In this document: in pieces, positions 49,406 through 62,659 of the stretch
Position numbering within the stretch: the first letter of the stretch is position 1
Layout: each line of letters opens with the position of its first letter
NCBI GenBank assembly: GCA_965285935.1
Contig: OZ260663.1
Location: 55,118,001 to 55,182,000 of the forward strand
Length of the DNA stretch: 64,000 nt
DNA from: Ophelia neglecta
Lineage: Eukaryota
Direction: 5' to 3'
Notes under the pieces: model-generated
What the model saw: the letters and a program-made list of their open reading frames with translations, nothing else
What the model was told of the DNA's origin: nothing
Databases searched by the model: none
Position numbers and translations under genes: made by a program

Positions 49406-50338
49406 CTTTAAAAATTAATTTAAGTTGCTTTAAATACCCCACAAGCTGCACTGATTTAATACTAAAAAATAAGCACCAGACAACATCTTAAAAAGATTTG
49501 CGCTTTCTTTGTGGTTGACCTGAAATTCTGATTCCGATTTAGCACACTAGCCTACTTTAAGATAATAACTTATTATGTTGTGGTACTTTGTTATTTAAAG
49601 AATTAATTAATTAAGATACACGGGTGCATTAAACATGTGCAGAATGTAACTGAGAATAAAACAAATAACTGGATAATATCTGAAACTTAAATGAAAATTA
49701 AAGGGTCGCAATTAATCAGTAAGAATTGTATTGGTAATTATTAATTCATAAGCAACGATTGAGAAACAAACACATAGCATGAGACAATTCATTCAGTTGG
49801 TGTAACAAAAGGTTTTCTTTAATAAAATAGATTGCACAAAACACATTATTACTTATCATGCAACTGAGCATTCATGCTTTGGGTTATTGTATTGATGTGT
49901 TATTTAAGTCGAAGGGAAGGGGTAGTGACTTGGGTCAAATAAAAGACATACATTTTAGATATTGATTCAAGGGGAGAGACACAAACATGCATTTCTCTAG
50001 GATACATATTCCATGCAGATAGAACGCATGTTGCCAAAGTTGGCTTTACTGTAGTAACCAATATCCTTCTTCAGAGACGGACATTCCTACAACAGCCATC
50101 TCAGGGGTTAGGAAATTCATTTTTTCATGAATGATACAGAATTCATTACAATAGTAATCTATATGGTTTAATACTGATAATATCAGGTTATTTAAAGAAT
50201 TTAGCAGTTTTTTTGAGTGGCTGATTTATGAATGTCAGTGGAAAATGTTCTACATAGTACAAATAACATCAAAATTAATTGTATGCAGTAGTAGCCAGGT
50301 CAGGTGACACACATAGACATTAGGAGTGATGGGTTTAC

Positions 50339-50359
50339 CTCGCTCTGATTGGGAACTGG
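50339..50359 (-). CDS. MYCBPAP: MYCBPAP 21-nt microexon: (A)SSQSER(G)
   Basis: Strong tract ttctgccttccttttcctacag|CC ... GAG|gtaaac; phase 1-1. Confidence 0.65.
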
Positions 50360-53272
50360 CTGTAGGAAAAGGAAGGCAGAAATTCACAGTGAATCAGGAG
50401 AAAAATTAAATGAATTATCATGCAAAATATGATTTAAAGGTAAAAGCAAATTTTGAACATCTCCACTTCAAGGCACACAGGTAAAATAGTACATTGGCAT
50501 TTCAAAACTTATGTTTAATATTTCTAAGTCGGCCATCTGTATGTTTTATGTTTATTTTAACATCAACATCTCAGTCATAAGCATCACTGTACTTTGTACA
50601 TGATAATAACAGTTTACCCCCTAGTTTACCCCAGAGAAAACAGATATATGAGTGGGGGATGTACCCATAGTATAAATGACTTGAAAACTAAATCATTGCT
50701 GAATACTATGAAGAAAAACATAAAATAACAGCTTCCCCTGGAAGAGAGATGATGTTGGAGAAGGCGTGCAATATCTTTACACTGTAAATGAATAGCAGAT
50801 ATTGAACACATATACAAATCTAGAAAAGGAACTACAATTTTCATGTTCACATTTGAATATTACAACTACAAAGCATCTAAATTAATGTTGCAACAGTGGC
50901 TTGGCAGAAAAAGTTAAGACAACATTCATTTGAGATAGCATCTTATAAGAAATTGTCTTTGCTAAGAACAAGCCACCTGATTGTGTGCCCCTAAATGTAC
51001 AAGAAAGTACAATTTGGCCTGGCAAGAGACATATTGTAAAACAACAGATCTAAATCTATGTACTATCAGTTCAAACCTTGAGGATGATGTATCGTATTTA
51101 ATGAGCAAAAATAAGACAAGTTTTGTAATAGCTTCTTGGTTGTATATTGGTCACCAGACTTCAGCACAAGGCATTGTAAATTGTTGACATTTATACAAAG
51201 AGGGCTTTGTCTGAATGTAACAATGCCCTTTCCACATTTCATTCAAATCACTTACTATTTCCATGTCATTGGACTTACTTTCATGAACACTACTCTATTG
51301 CCATGTCAGCCATTGTCTGTGTCTGTCATGGCGTAATAAATGCTGGCTTCCAACTAACTGCAGATTGTCTACGGGAGCATTGTTCCCAATGGGCTGAGAG
51401 AAGGGCCATCCAACAAGCTTTCAGAGCATATCATACTATTTACAAATAAATTATTTACCACCATTAATAATGACAGGCACAGAGTAATTACTGGTTGGAT
51501 TAAGGCATATTTCAGGAAGATGTCCCATAGGAGAGAATGCGATTGCACCCTACCATTTCTCCATTAAGTTGTAACTAGTGCCAAGGAAATTCAATTTGTT
51601 TCACATTAATACACTTAGGCAGTTTGTCGAAAGCATTTGGATTTTGATCTGGCAACTTTGGAATGGCAATGTTTGCACAAATAACGGCATCAAAAAGGCT
51701 AATGTCCATTATTGCATCTTTGAACTTCAGCATCAATAAAAATAAATTGAATGAAGTGCGCCTAATTTTGGTAACTTGACAACAGTGCCAGCCATTTGGT
51801 CCTGCTTTTCATTGCCTTGGTCAATTATTCTGATAGCTGAAAAACTGTGCCGTAAAAAGAACTGGCCATTATTCAGTATCCTTGAGTTTTTAAGTTATTT
51901 GGGATTGCTAAAGATCAATATAAATAGACCATTTGATGGCATTGCACAATTTCAATTCCAAATATGTTTTGAAGCCTTCCTATAGTTTACATTGCTACTT
52001 CAAATAGTGTATCATGATGAACATTAAATAAACAAGGGTAGTGGCTGACTTTAGGTTTACAGCACTGCCTGGTCTTTTATATCTGTTTTATTATTAAGTC
52101 AGTTTAACAGAGAGGCAAAGGAGGCCACTAGATGGAAATGATTGTCATGTTCTAAGTGCACCATTATTGTATATAAAAAAAGCCATAAACCCACTGATGG
52201 AAGACATAGTTAATATAACAGAATGGTATTATTTAGGAGGTTTGGGGCACATAAAATGGTGTCCTAAAGTTGCTAGGGTGTAACCAAAATATTAAAGTAA
52301 AGGAAGATTTTAATATGGCTTGGTATAATAATAACTAAATTATGATCTGAGGTATATAGTACAGGTTGTAGTTGTTCAACAGAATCAAAAAAGTATGTAC
52401 ATACAGAATGATTGGTTATAAATCATATATCTTCTAAAAGATCAGATCTACTGGATTTCAATCATAAAATGCAGTTTTTCTGAAGGGCTTCCTCTGACAA
52501 ATAACAATTCTTTATATTAAGTCTATTTGCCAAGAAGCAGTAGTATAAGCTTGTAACCTGCCGAATGGTAAATGTCAATTATTAGCCAGTCAGTGTTGTG
52601 GTCTTTTAATGTGCAAATATATAGAGGCCAGGTCCAGGGGTGTCATAGGTAGTGGATATTGTTGTGAGGAACATGGTAAGCAGTATGTGTTTAGTATGCT
52701 CATGGTTTGTGGTTTGGCTTTTTATTTTTCATTTGGTTGAACTAACAAAAAGTTGTTTAATCACATTTTCACACTACTACTGCTACCATGATGCTAGGTA
52801 TAATGTTCGCTTCATCAAGGCAGGTCACTAGCTTTAAATATTTTTTCCTCCCATTTATTACAGCTCTAGTAACAAAATTTTAAGCAACTCTTATTCCCAA
52901 TAAAAGAATAAACTTTCAACATGCTGAAATGTTAAAATTGTAGCAAATGAGAAATTACTGACATTGACTACCCTACTATGGTAACAAACACTGTACTTAG
53001 CTAAACTTGACAACAACCTTATTACCAACTAAGGAATGAAACAAAGATATAGCAGTTCCTAAAACAAAAAGGGTGAAGGGACATTGTTTCCACCACTGAA
53101 CATGAACGAATTAAAAAAATATGAATTATAATAGAACAAATAAAATTACAATAGAGCCAATAGGCATCAGAAAAAAGCTTTTCTACTCTAATAGCATTCA
53201 ACTGAACGGACAGTTGGTCACATGATTTAATCTGATTGGGACGGCAAGTCACATGGCCAAAGCCGTACTGAC

Positions 53273-53350
53273 CTGGTGCAGAATCAGAAGTGTTACTGCG
53301 GGAAGTTTTATTGCGTCCATAATCTTTTGAACTTCTACGCCCATCCCCGT
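53273..53350 (-). CDS. MYCBPAP: MYCBPAP 78-nt symmetric exon: (D)GDGRRSSKDYGRNKTSRSNTSDSAP
   Basis: tgttttaaag|AC ... CAG|gtcagt; phase 1-1; retains CpGs. Confidence 0.7.
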
Positions 53351-56300
53351 CTTTAAAACATTGCATTACAGTATGTTAGGTGCAGCAAGCAGTGACAAGA
53401 GTGGACGAATTATTAATACTAAAAAAAGCTAACACAAAATCCATACATTATCAATGGATGCAACACAAATTAAGGATATTAACAGAAATAGTTGTATATA
53501 TTATTAAAATTGGCATGGTGCAACACAAAATGCAAAAAGCGGTGACTGCGCGGCTTCTGATATTAAATAATGAGGGGATTAGCTGAAGAGTTTCTTGCGT
53601 AGAATTCTCCTTTGGTTATCAGGTTGCAGCAAGTGGTGAACCCTTTTATTATGATAATGCATTTTTATTCCCTTTTCTATGTAAAAAGCAAAATAATAAA
53701 TACATACTGGTAGTAGTGCACAATAAAAGTGATCAGAAAGTTTGTTATCAGGTGTTATATTGAAAATAGCCTGCATGACTAAACTAAATTTCACATTTAT
53801 CATCAGTTCACTGGCCCTGCTGATAATGGGACTTTTTATGAATTTCACAACCAAAATCTACAATTGAATATACAACAGAATGCTCTCCTTTTCAGTTATC
53901 TCAAAATATCACACTCCTATTGATGCCTAGAAAAGTGGATACATTCATGTAGATGTGAAAGTAGTTAAGAAAACACACTACCCCAGTAGATGGAAACATG
54001 GAAATCAGAAGAGAGTAAGTTTTGGCAGGCAGGAAAGCCTACACTGTTAAAATAATTACAGAAATTCAAAGATTTACTACATGAAATGAAACCCCAATAA
54101 ACAGGAGTATAAAAAAAGTTTGCAGGCCAAAAGCTTGTTGAGGCAAGCATTTAATTTATAAAGTCTGAATTTCAAGCATAAACAAGTTGCTAAATCCTAT
54201 AAAAAATAAGCTGATGAAACTATATAAACAGCCATTACCGGGCACTTGGGACTGAGTGGCATTTTTACCTTAAAAATAAGTGAAGGAAAATTAAACAGTG
54301 GCTATGATTAATAGAATAGCTAGGATTATAATATTTGGAAAGTTCTTAGCTTGCACCACTGACCAAATGTAAATAATGTAGAATAATCAGATTTAAGACA
54401 AAATTTATTAAGTATATTAATAATCCATGCAAATTTGCAGCTGAAAAATAATGTACATGCAATTTCAAGAGGGAAGGAATAGAGGTGATTAGTGTAAATA
54501 TACGAAATATATCAAGTTTTGTAAAAAAATGGATCAAGAGGGGGCAATCTTTACAAATACATTGGAACATTGTATATGAGTGATAATATATAAAGAAGCT
54601 TTCCCAGAGCGTAAGATTGTGGGGTAAGCAGTTAATAATAGGTGAGAAATTGTGAAATGTGGCTATATCAATGAAGAAGCTGCTTATGGAATTTTAAACA
54701 AGCAAGAGACCTCTAGTCTTTTATCCATGATCAACATGAATTTTATCATTCAATGTGTTCTGTAATAAAAACAGTCATTTCTGTTTGTTCAAAGAGTTTC
54801 ATGGCTGATGTTTTCTTTCAAAACTATTAAAAGAAGGGTATTTTATGCAGCATTGAAATGAAGCAACACCATAAATATTCAGTACTGCCTTATAGATTTT
54901 TGCCTACAGAATGACATTTTATTTGGGAGCAGTTAGTGATTTGATCAGCTCTGTGTATGACACTGATGATTCCACCTTATGGTGTTAATACCTCTATTAT
55001 TTTTCACCTGACATCCAATAACCTGAGCTGAAGGAATGCAGGTCTGTGTTCTGTGGAGTTTAAACAGAATAAAAAAGTGTGAGAACCTAGCAAGGAGTCT
55101 TGAGCCAATGACTTAAAGTTCTTTGAAATGAGTCTTTACAAGCCTTCACCAGTGCGGAGCACCAACTACACATAAACCTTATTAAATCTACAGCCTCCTC
55201 TAGTTAGTTTTACATAAAAGTGTCTCCAGTGAAATTCTTCTCCCACTGCCCTTTCCATTCATAAAACAAGAAAGATGAAGCTAGAATGGCCAATAAACTC
55301 TGCACTTAGAGTTGCTGCTATAAATGTCTTAGCCTAGGCCAACAAATACAACATGTATGATGGGGGAAATGAGAACTATTTCTGGTGGCATTGAATAGTG
55401 CATTTGCTGCCATTTCATGCGATTTTCATGAACATTTCATGGATAGACCAACAATAACCAGAGTATGGCATAGTTAATGTTCAGCTTACATACGGCTATC
55501 AAGGCACTTACATAGTGTAGAAGGCAGGACTTATCCAGGCAGACCCATCTCTTAAAACACATATAAAGGGCCCAGGGTGTACTAAACATTTTATGATAGC
55601 AGCACACCGATTGAATGTGAATGCCGCAATATAGAATTATGACCAAATGATGGCCCTAGTTTGATAGATATGCAGGAAAAACAAAAATAATTTGTGCCCA
55701 CTATATGGAGCTTCTGTCCATCTTTATGATAAGAGCTATGGGATGGGCAGTGATGTGACTTTAAGCTAAAGCAATGCTTTCTAAAAGTGCTGCTCCACAC
55801 AGCTACCATCTGGTTGTTAAATACATGAGATAATGCTAGGAGTATGCCGTTATCAGTTCTAGGTTCATATGGAACAGGCAGACTTCTCACGTCTATGCCA
55901 AATATTCACTTCCTACAACATATCAAAAATATCCTATGATTCACTTTTTACTTACAGGTAAATATTCTTGTACAATAATAAACAAGCACTGTGACTGGGG
56001 GAAATCTGGGGAAACCACCACTGTGATGGAAATGACAACTGGAGGTTTTCACATCAGATCAATTTATAATCTTATCAATTATTTGGTCTATTTTTTATTG
56101 TTTTCCCAGGACTATTTCCAGGATCTTATATGTCGGCACTTTTCTTCAACACTGTATCTGCAAAATTTGTGTACATTTCCTTTTATCTAGTACCAATGGT
56201 AGTAGTAATACTAAAGCCTACAGACACAGTTGGACAGTACATACTACTATCAGTAATGAAGGTGAAAGGCACTTATATACTACATCAAAACTAAGATGGT

Positions 56301-56773
56301 CTTTTTTTCTTTTTTTCTATAATGATTTTGCCATCAAAATTATCTATTGTCCTGATTTTTCCACAACAACAAAATTAAGTAACTGAAGAGGATTGAAATT
56401 AGGAAAATAGGCATCTATACAACATACAGAATTAGTGCCCAAAGTCCCCAAAGAAAATAGTAATTTAACTCAGTCATGTCCTTATCACACATATATACTT
56501 ATGCTGATACATCACAAACTGAATGTCTGTCTATTGCTAGGGACTATATTATTCTACACATCTACATACTAACTTATAGAGTTCTAAAAAATATCTATGG
56601 TAAGTTCCTTAATAAATGTGCATACACCTAGTGTCATAAGAAGAGGGTGTCCATAAAATGGACGATTTGCAAAAAGGCAATGGTGAGTTGGACAACATCA
56701 AGGGACAAATTACTAACTTACACTGATAACATTATCAAAATTACCAGTAACCCATTGAGCACTGAATATTTAC

Positions 56774-56833
56774 CATTGGAGATGCCTGAAGTGGTGGACT
56801 CTCCACTTGGTGAGGGCAGACGAAGGGGGTTAA
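56774..56833 (-). CDS. MYCBPAP: MYCBPAP 60-nt symmetric exon: NPLRLPSPSGESTTSGISN
   Basis: tgttgtttccccaag|TT ... G|gtaaat; phase 1-1; GC-rich island in an AT-rich intron. Confidence 0.68.
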
Positions 56834-57535
56834 CTTGGGGAAACAACAGTCAATATGTTAAAACACCACACAACAAATTGAATTAATACTTTAGAAAAGC
56901 ATTTAAAAATGCTTTGTATAAGTAGTGTGGGCTATATGTTTAGTTAACACTCTAATAAAGCAAAAACAACAAGAATTATTAAATATTACCTACTGCTCTA
57001 CATAAATATTAATATTAATATGTCCGAAAGTTTATAGTTATAAAAGTTTATCTTGAAATGTTATTAAAGTCAAATTCAAACAATTGTTAAATGGCTTTTT
57101 ATTCATTTATTTATAATATATTAATTTTGTTAATCCATATACTGGCCAAAGAGGGTAAAGATTACTTATAAAAAATTAACTACCTAACTAACATAACAAA
57201 GTACATTGAAAAGAAGAACCTATGAATGGAAACTAGATCAGACTCATTTCCACCACCATTCCTATATTATGTTTCATTATTCCTTTTTACAGAGTGCCTG
57301 TGTTGTTAGTAATAGGAGTTAAATTTTCTATAATGTCTGTAACAATCTACATTGTGGAGATCTAATTTGAACTGCCCCATTTTGAGTAGTATGCATTTAC
57401 ATCCCTGTAGATGTACAGTTGCATAAATAAGTGAAATTACTCTGACAGTGGTTAATCACAGTTTGGCTTTAACAGTTACATATTTTCAACCACACAGGAC
57501 ATCACTTTACAGGACAGACAGGGGAACAGACTAAC

Positions 57536-57577
57536 AATGTGTTTTAAACCTATCCTTTTTGTTGTCAGAGGCCCTAC
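57536..57577 (-). CDS. MYCBPAP: Candidate MYCBPAP 42-nt symmetric exon: (G)RASDNKKDRFKTH
   Basis: gtacccag|GT ... T|gttagt; phase 1-1, open frame; both splice sites weak. Confidence 0.35.
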
Positions 57578-58103
57578 CTGGGTACACACATGTGGTGCCT
57601 ATGATAGTTAATGAGATAGAGCTTTATAAACACTGCTTGAGAGTCATTTCTTGATAAATGGAACCCTAATCTAGTGGTACAATCACAGGAAAACTTGGTG
57701 GGCAATGGATCGCTCAATTGTCTTTATTTTCAACTGAGAAGATGACTGGGATGAATGAGTGTATCATTCAGATGTCCAATAAATTAAGCCAAGGTACTAT
57801 GTCCACTATTTTAGGAGTAGATACACAAAACTAATTGGCAGATATAAGATAGTTTAAGAGTATACAATATAAATGCAAACACAAATGCATATATATTCAT
57901 ATTAAGAGATGTTTTAGGAAAAGGTATATATAGAGGTTAGTATAGCATGTGTGAATTTTTGTGAATTACATTTTCTGGATTGGTGTGCTGCGGAATGTTC
58001 AGTCTGGGATTGCCAAGTACAAAGATTGTAATTTGTTTAATACAACTGATTTGTAGCAATTTGCAGTTATTGACAATGGTCTGTATTGGTCAAGATTCCT
58101 TAC

Positions 58104-58133
58104 CAGCTGGGGCAGTTGGAACTGGCTCAACAA
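58104..58133 (-). CDS. MYCBPAP: MYCBPAP 30-nt symmetric exon: (I)VEPVPTAPA(G)
   Basis: attttgacag|TT ... G|gtaagg; phase 1-1, open frame. Confidence 0.72.
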
Positions 58134-58391
58134 CTGTCAAAATATCTGATACAGTTAGAAAGTTCTACTATATGTTGACACAAACAATGTCTCTTCTCTT
58201 TAAAAAGTGATTAGCAAGTGTTTCACACATATTTTTTTATAGAGTTCTTCTTTATTTTTGTATTAGTTAGACTATCATATTAGGTATTTGTAGATGCTGG
58301 TCTTGTTTTTCAATCAACTGAATGCAGACTGGATTTTTTATCTGAACCAGACTATACCAATATGTTACTACTAGAACAGTGCACTACTTAC

Positions 58392-58501
58392 TAGGGTCAT
58401 CAGGTATCTCCCCTCCCTCCATCTCAGGCATTCCAAGGGCCTCTCTCAGTCTCATGGACTCCCCAGCCACACCGTCAATGGCTTCAGTTAACATCTCATA
58501 A
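58392..58501 (-). CDS. MYCBPAP: MYCBPAP exon: YEMLTEAIDGVAGESMRLREALGMPEMEGGEIPDDP
   Basis: ttttttgtcag|T ... A|gtaagt; 110 nt, phase 2 to 1. Confidence 0.9.
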
Positions 58502-58810
58502 CTGACAAAAAAGTAATGACATTTATCTAAGCTGATATACAATGGAATACCTGTAAACTTACCATCATCCTGGTCAGGGTAAATGAAGCAAGTTTCCCAG
58601 AGTTGGGTAAATTTAGCTGTCCCCCTTATAAGAAAATATCTCATTGATCAACACAGGCCTTTGTTGCCTATTATTCACAAGTAATTTTTGTGTATGATAT
58701 TTCAGATAGTGCCAGGGTTTCATATGAAAAAAAACTCTTTTTAAACTGTTTCATAATTGAGTTTCTCTGTTTCTAGGTTTTACAGTAAACTGAGCTGGGT
58801 ATAGACTCAC

Positions 58811-58935
58811 CCGACATTGAACATCTCCTGTTGTTTAGGGGTGAAAGGCGGGAACCCCAGGTTAAAGACTTGTACATTGAGCTGCTGTAACAACTCCTGC
58901 TTCTGGTCATCATCTTCATCCATTGACATTATCAT
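58811..58935 (-). CDS. MYCBPAP: MYCBPAP exon: MIMSMDEDDDQKQELLQQLNVQVFNLGFPPFTPKQQEMFNV(G)
   Basis: ttctttttattgaag|ATG ... GG|gtgagt; 125 nt. Confidence 0.88.
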
Positions 58936-59193
58936 CTTCAATAAAAAGAAAACACATACAGTGATACTATACAAGTTGATAAACCAACTGTACTATAGCA
59001 CTACAAATAGGAGTCACTGTTGAGTAAATAAAAGGAATATTTCACAATCTCTCTGTGGCTGATACAGATAAGCCTACTATACACATGGAGATACTAGATT
59101 TATGTCTTATTTCATTAAACTGCCAGTTTCATAATGGTTCGTGTTTCTTGTCGAGTCATGTTTAAAGATGAAGATCTGTGAAGTAGTTTTTAC

Positions 59194-59307
59194 CTGTTTC
59201 AGATTGTCGACTGAGAGATCCCACTCCTTGTCCTCCCTCTCTTCCTCAGGGAACAAACCCAAGTACAGGGTCTTCAGCTCACTCACATATCCATTGTGGA
59301 AGTGTAA
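59194..59307 (-). CDS. MYCBPAP: MYCBPAP exon: LHFHNGYVSELKTLYLGLFPEEEREDKEWDLSVDNLKQ
   Basis: ccaccag|TTA ... CAG|gtaaaa; 114 nt, phase 0-0. Confidence 0.9.
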
Positions 59308-59659
59308 CTGGTGGCATGGAATTATGATAATAATATACTATTAAATAACATCACCATGCACACATAGGCACCCTATGGAAGTTTAACAGCATGGCTACAA
59401 AGGACAGCCAATTAATAATGACACTACCAACTACATGTATTAATATCACTTTTAATATGTATACCCCTTTTAAATCTTTGAATAAACCAACTAAATCTGT
59501 ATCTAAGGACTTTTTCTTGACCTTCATATCAAACCCCATTTTATTTTATGAAAGGGTTAGGCGAGAGGAATAATTAACTGCAACTATCTAGATTTTTTTA
59601 CATGCTATTTGCATCAGTCATAATAATATAATTGTTGATGTACACTTTGTCTAGCTCAC

Positions 59660-59806
59660 CCCTGGGTTCTTTCTGTGGAAAACTTCTTCCTCTGTGATGT
59701 AGGCATCGACTGGTGAAGATGGTCTATCAGGGCTGCGGATTCCCTCAAGAATGTTATCCAGAACCTTCTCTACAATCTGCTCTGCCTGCTTACGGGCAAG
59801 GTCACG
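59660..59806 (-). CDS. MYCBPAP: MYCBPAP exon: RDLARKQAEQIVEKVLDNILEGIRSPDRPSSPVDAYITEEEVFHRKNPG
   Basis: ttctttcag|CGT ... GGG|gtgagc; 147 nt. Confidence 0.93.
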
Positions 59807-60050
59807 CTGAAAGAACAGGACATCCTTTTTTTCTTGAAGAATAAGACATAGAATTTTCATTTGTTTGACAATTGTTTCAATTATATAAAACATTCCTGAA
59901 GAAGCTATCTTTTGCTCTCTGCATACTTTTTCAGTTTGTTATTTTTCACTTCTACAGTAGGCCACACCTATATAATATTATACTTTTTTTAAAAAATAGG
60001 GAGACAATATACAAAGAAATTGATATCGATGGCTCAAAGTTCATATTAAC

Positions 60051-60311
60051 CTCAAGTTGGGTTCGCTCTTCTTCAAACTTATCTTGCTGCAAAGCAACAC
60101 CTCTTAAAGTGACCACCAGGGCTGCGCCACCACAAACTACAGGACGAGTCTGGAACTGCCACTGCTCAGTAAATACGCCTGCATTTGGGGACTTGAATAC
60201 AAAGGGAAACTTCATGGTGTCTCCCGGCAGGATCACTCCACTACTGGTGTTAAAGTAGAATCTCTGCACCTTGGCATTCACCATGTCAAATGGATTGGTC
60301 TTGGGAATTTT
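60051..60311 (-). CDS. MYCBPAP: MYCBPAP exon: KIPKTNPFD...QRFYFNTSSGVILPG...EEERTQLE (Ig-like/ASH-type region)
   Basis: cttgcag|AAA ... GAG|gttaat; 261 nt, phase 0-0. Confidence 0.94.
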
Positions 60312-60732
60312 CTGCAAGTATTGATATAGGATATGATTTTTTTTGCTGCATTTTTACTTGATCTTAATCCTACATCTTCAACCAAAACCAATGATTGCAA
60401 ATAGAAAATTTAAAAAAAATTAAAGATTTCAATACCTCTGCCAATGGTGACACCCACCCAAATAAACTTTAAAAGCCCAGACATGTAAAGTGGTAACCTT
60501 TGAGTTTGGTTATCAAAGTTGTAGTCTGCCCGAAAATACTACTTAGATAGTGGCCTGAACTGGGCATAACCAAAGGCAATGGTTAAACAAATTTTTCTAT
60601 TGAATAGTGCTGAAATAAACACATAAATATATCAAATACAGCTTATGAAATACAGGTATTGACATTTCAATACCACTTACATTCCCCTTAAAACAGCATA
60701 AAACTCTAATGGATTAAGATAAAAGTGCCAAC

Positions 60733-60955
60733 CTTCCAATCAAAGTAGATGGAGGTTGTTCCGTCATTGACTATCTCCAGGAAGGAGGTGGTGCGGAAGC
60801 CGCTGTAGGCCTCAAAAGTAACTCTTGCCTCAATGCCAACCTGTCCAACAAAGCTGGAGCTGTCGCCAGTCCAACGGGCTGGTTGTCCAGCAAACTGGAT
60901 AGAAGGTCCAAATATGGGCTCTGGATGTACATCTGGATGGTCTCGCAGCGGATCA
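60733..60955 (-). CDS. MYCBPAP: MYCBPAP exon: DPLRDHPDVHPEPIFGPSIQFAGQPARW...NDGTTSIYFDWK
   Basis: tgttacag|T ... AAG|gttggc; 223 nt; conserved core. Confidence 0.93.
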
Positions 60956-61261
60956 CTGTAACACAAGTCATATGTACATTTTATTTATATTATGGGCAAC
61001 TATGTGTAAATGAAGACTAAAGGGGGTTACTCTGATACTCTTTCCCACATACATAACTACTATATCTACATGTTAGCAATAAAACACTGATTAAATATTC
61101 ACAGCATATTCATTTATTATTAATAGGTTGGTAACCTAACAATGTTACCCATATCATCCTTCAATTTTGTCATCTGTATCTGCCATTTAAAGTAAGTAAA
61201 GTTTTATTGTCTGCTTAACTATATTTCAATTTTGTGATATAGTTCCAAAGAGACAACTTAC

Positions 61262-61392
61262 ATGTTTTCCACATCCATTTCAGCAAATTCTTCCCGTTGT
61301 TCCTCTTTCTCAGACATCCCTGTCTCGGACAGAACCTCCAGTTCCTTACCTGGGGGCTTGTTGGAGCCAACAATTTCCAAAACCCTCATATC
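61262..61392 (-). CDS. MYCBPAP: MYCBPAP exon: DMRVLEIVGSNKPPGKELEVLSETGMSEKEEQREEFAEMDVEN(I)
   Basis: ctccag|GAT ... AT|gtaagt; 131 nt, phase 0 to 2, fits both neighbours. Confidence 0.88.
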
Positions 61393-61605
61393 CTGGAGTA
61401 TATATACACAGGAGAGTTTGAATTAACAGTTCCAGTTAAAGAAAAAAAAATCCATCAAATCTATCTGTACATACTAGACATTTAACTGTTTAACTTACAC
61501 AGGAAGATTATGTTTTGGGATATATATATAGAGTTTGAAACAATTAAATTATATCATGCTATATGCTATAGCTTATCTAATTAATGGCATGTTCGTTAGT
61601 TCTAC

Positions 61606-61807
61606 CGGCTGATGAGGATCAAGTTCATCCATCACGGGTCTGAGTTGGTTAATTCTCTCGCGTAGATAGGGGGTCTTGTGCCAGGGTTTGTGGAAGGGGG
61701 TACGCGGCTTGTCCCAGTTGGTGCCCTTCTCCCCCAGGGCCACAGGAGGCACACCTACATGTTCTATGGGAGCGGGGTACCCCTTCTCTATCTGGGTCAT
61801 TGTCATA
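61606..61807 (-). CDS. MYCBPAP: MYCBPAP exon: MTMTQIEKGYPAPIEHVG...LRPVMDELDPHQP
   Basis: tttgtttgcag|T; donor CCG|gtagaa is weak but frame-consistent; 202 nt. Confidence 0.88.
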
Positions 61808-62659
61808 CTGCAAACAAAGAGGAGCATGTCACACAAAATAACGCTTCACTGTAAATCACAAGTTTTAATGCAAGATAATAAGTCACTTTTTCACGAAATC
61901 TTCATCACTAAACTTCTTTTGCTACAAAAACCTCAAAAATATATTCCCTTACATGCTAAATAAACTCGTTCTGCTCTCATGTAAATGGAGAAATTCAAAA
62001 TGCACAGTAACTTACACCTCATGGGTTTACAACATCTGGGTACCTATATATTAACATATATGAAAACAATAATTCCCTTTGCCTTAGAATACCATGGGAG
62101 ATTATGTTTGGCACAAATAACTTGTGGTACTTGGGAATTTCAAATTAAATTTAGCAAGCTGGCCTTAACTGGCTGCTTTAGACATATACAAGTGTTCACG
62201 ATACCCTTGTCTATAGAAAATGTAGTAGTAAATGAGTGAACACACTCACTACTGACTTTTATAAAATGAAAGTCATTTTTGACCAGTGATGATGGTTAAG
62301 AACAGTTACTTATGTCCAAGTGGCAAGAATTTCTTTGCAAAATTGAGTTCCTAGCTAATTTGCAAATCTCATTCTACTAAAAATATCTGCTCTTTCAGTA
62401 ATCAGGTGGTACACAATATCTTTTATCTTTATCACACAACTTGGAACTTTTCTGTTTCAAACTCACCATCAGTATGCATATGAAAATTAATGCTTCAGCA
62501 AAAAGTTTTCTTTAAAAAAAAGGAATTGTAGAAAAATAAACAGAATACCCGTTAGCTTTGTACAAATGCAAGAAAAATAAAATTAAACCATACTCTAGTA
62601 CATTGTGTACACATGAAGGCTGAACATACTACAGTGCCAGGGGTTCAGTAGTATCAGTA

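Noticed and set aside
55825-55891. Exon-like stretch DVRSLPVPYEPRTDNG.. in the MYCBPAP linker region (also ~55140-55175, ~54239-54251, ~50059-50086)
   Set aside because: Not phase 1-1 symmetric, or lacking a credible donor; cannot be supported without RNA data.
60505-60573. miR-9-like TTTGGTTATC with a distant ATAACCAAA
   Set aside because: Only 9-bp arms, and the intervening sequence does not form a pre-miRNA stem.
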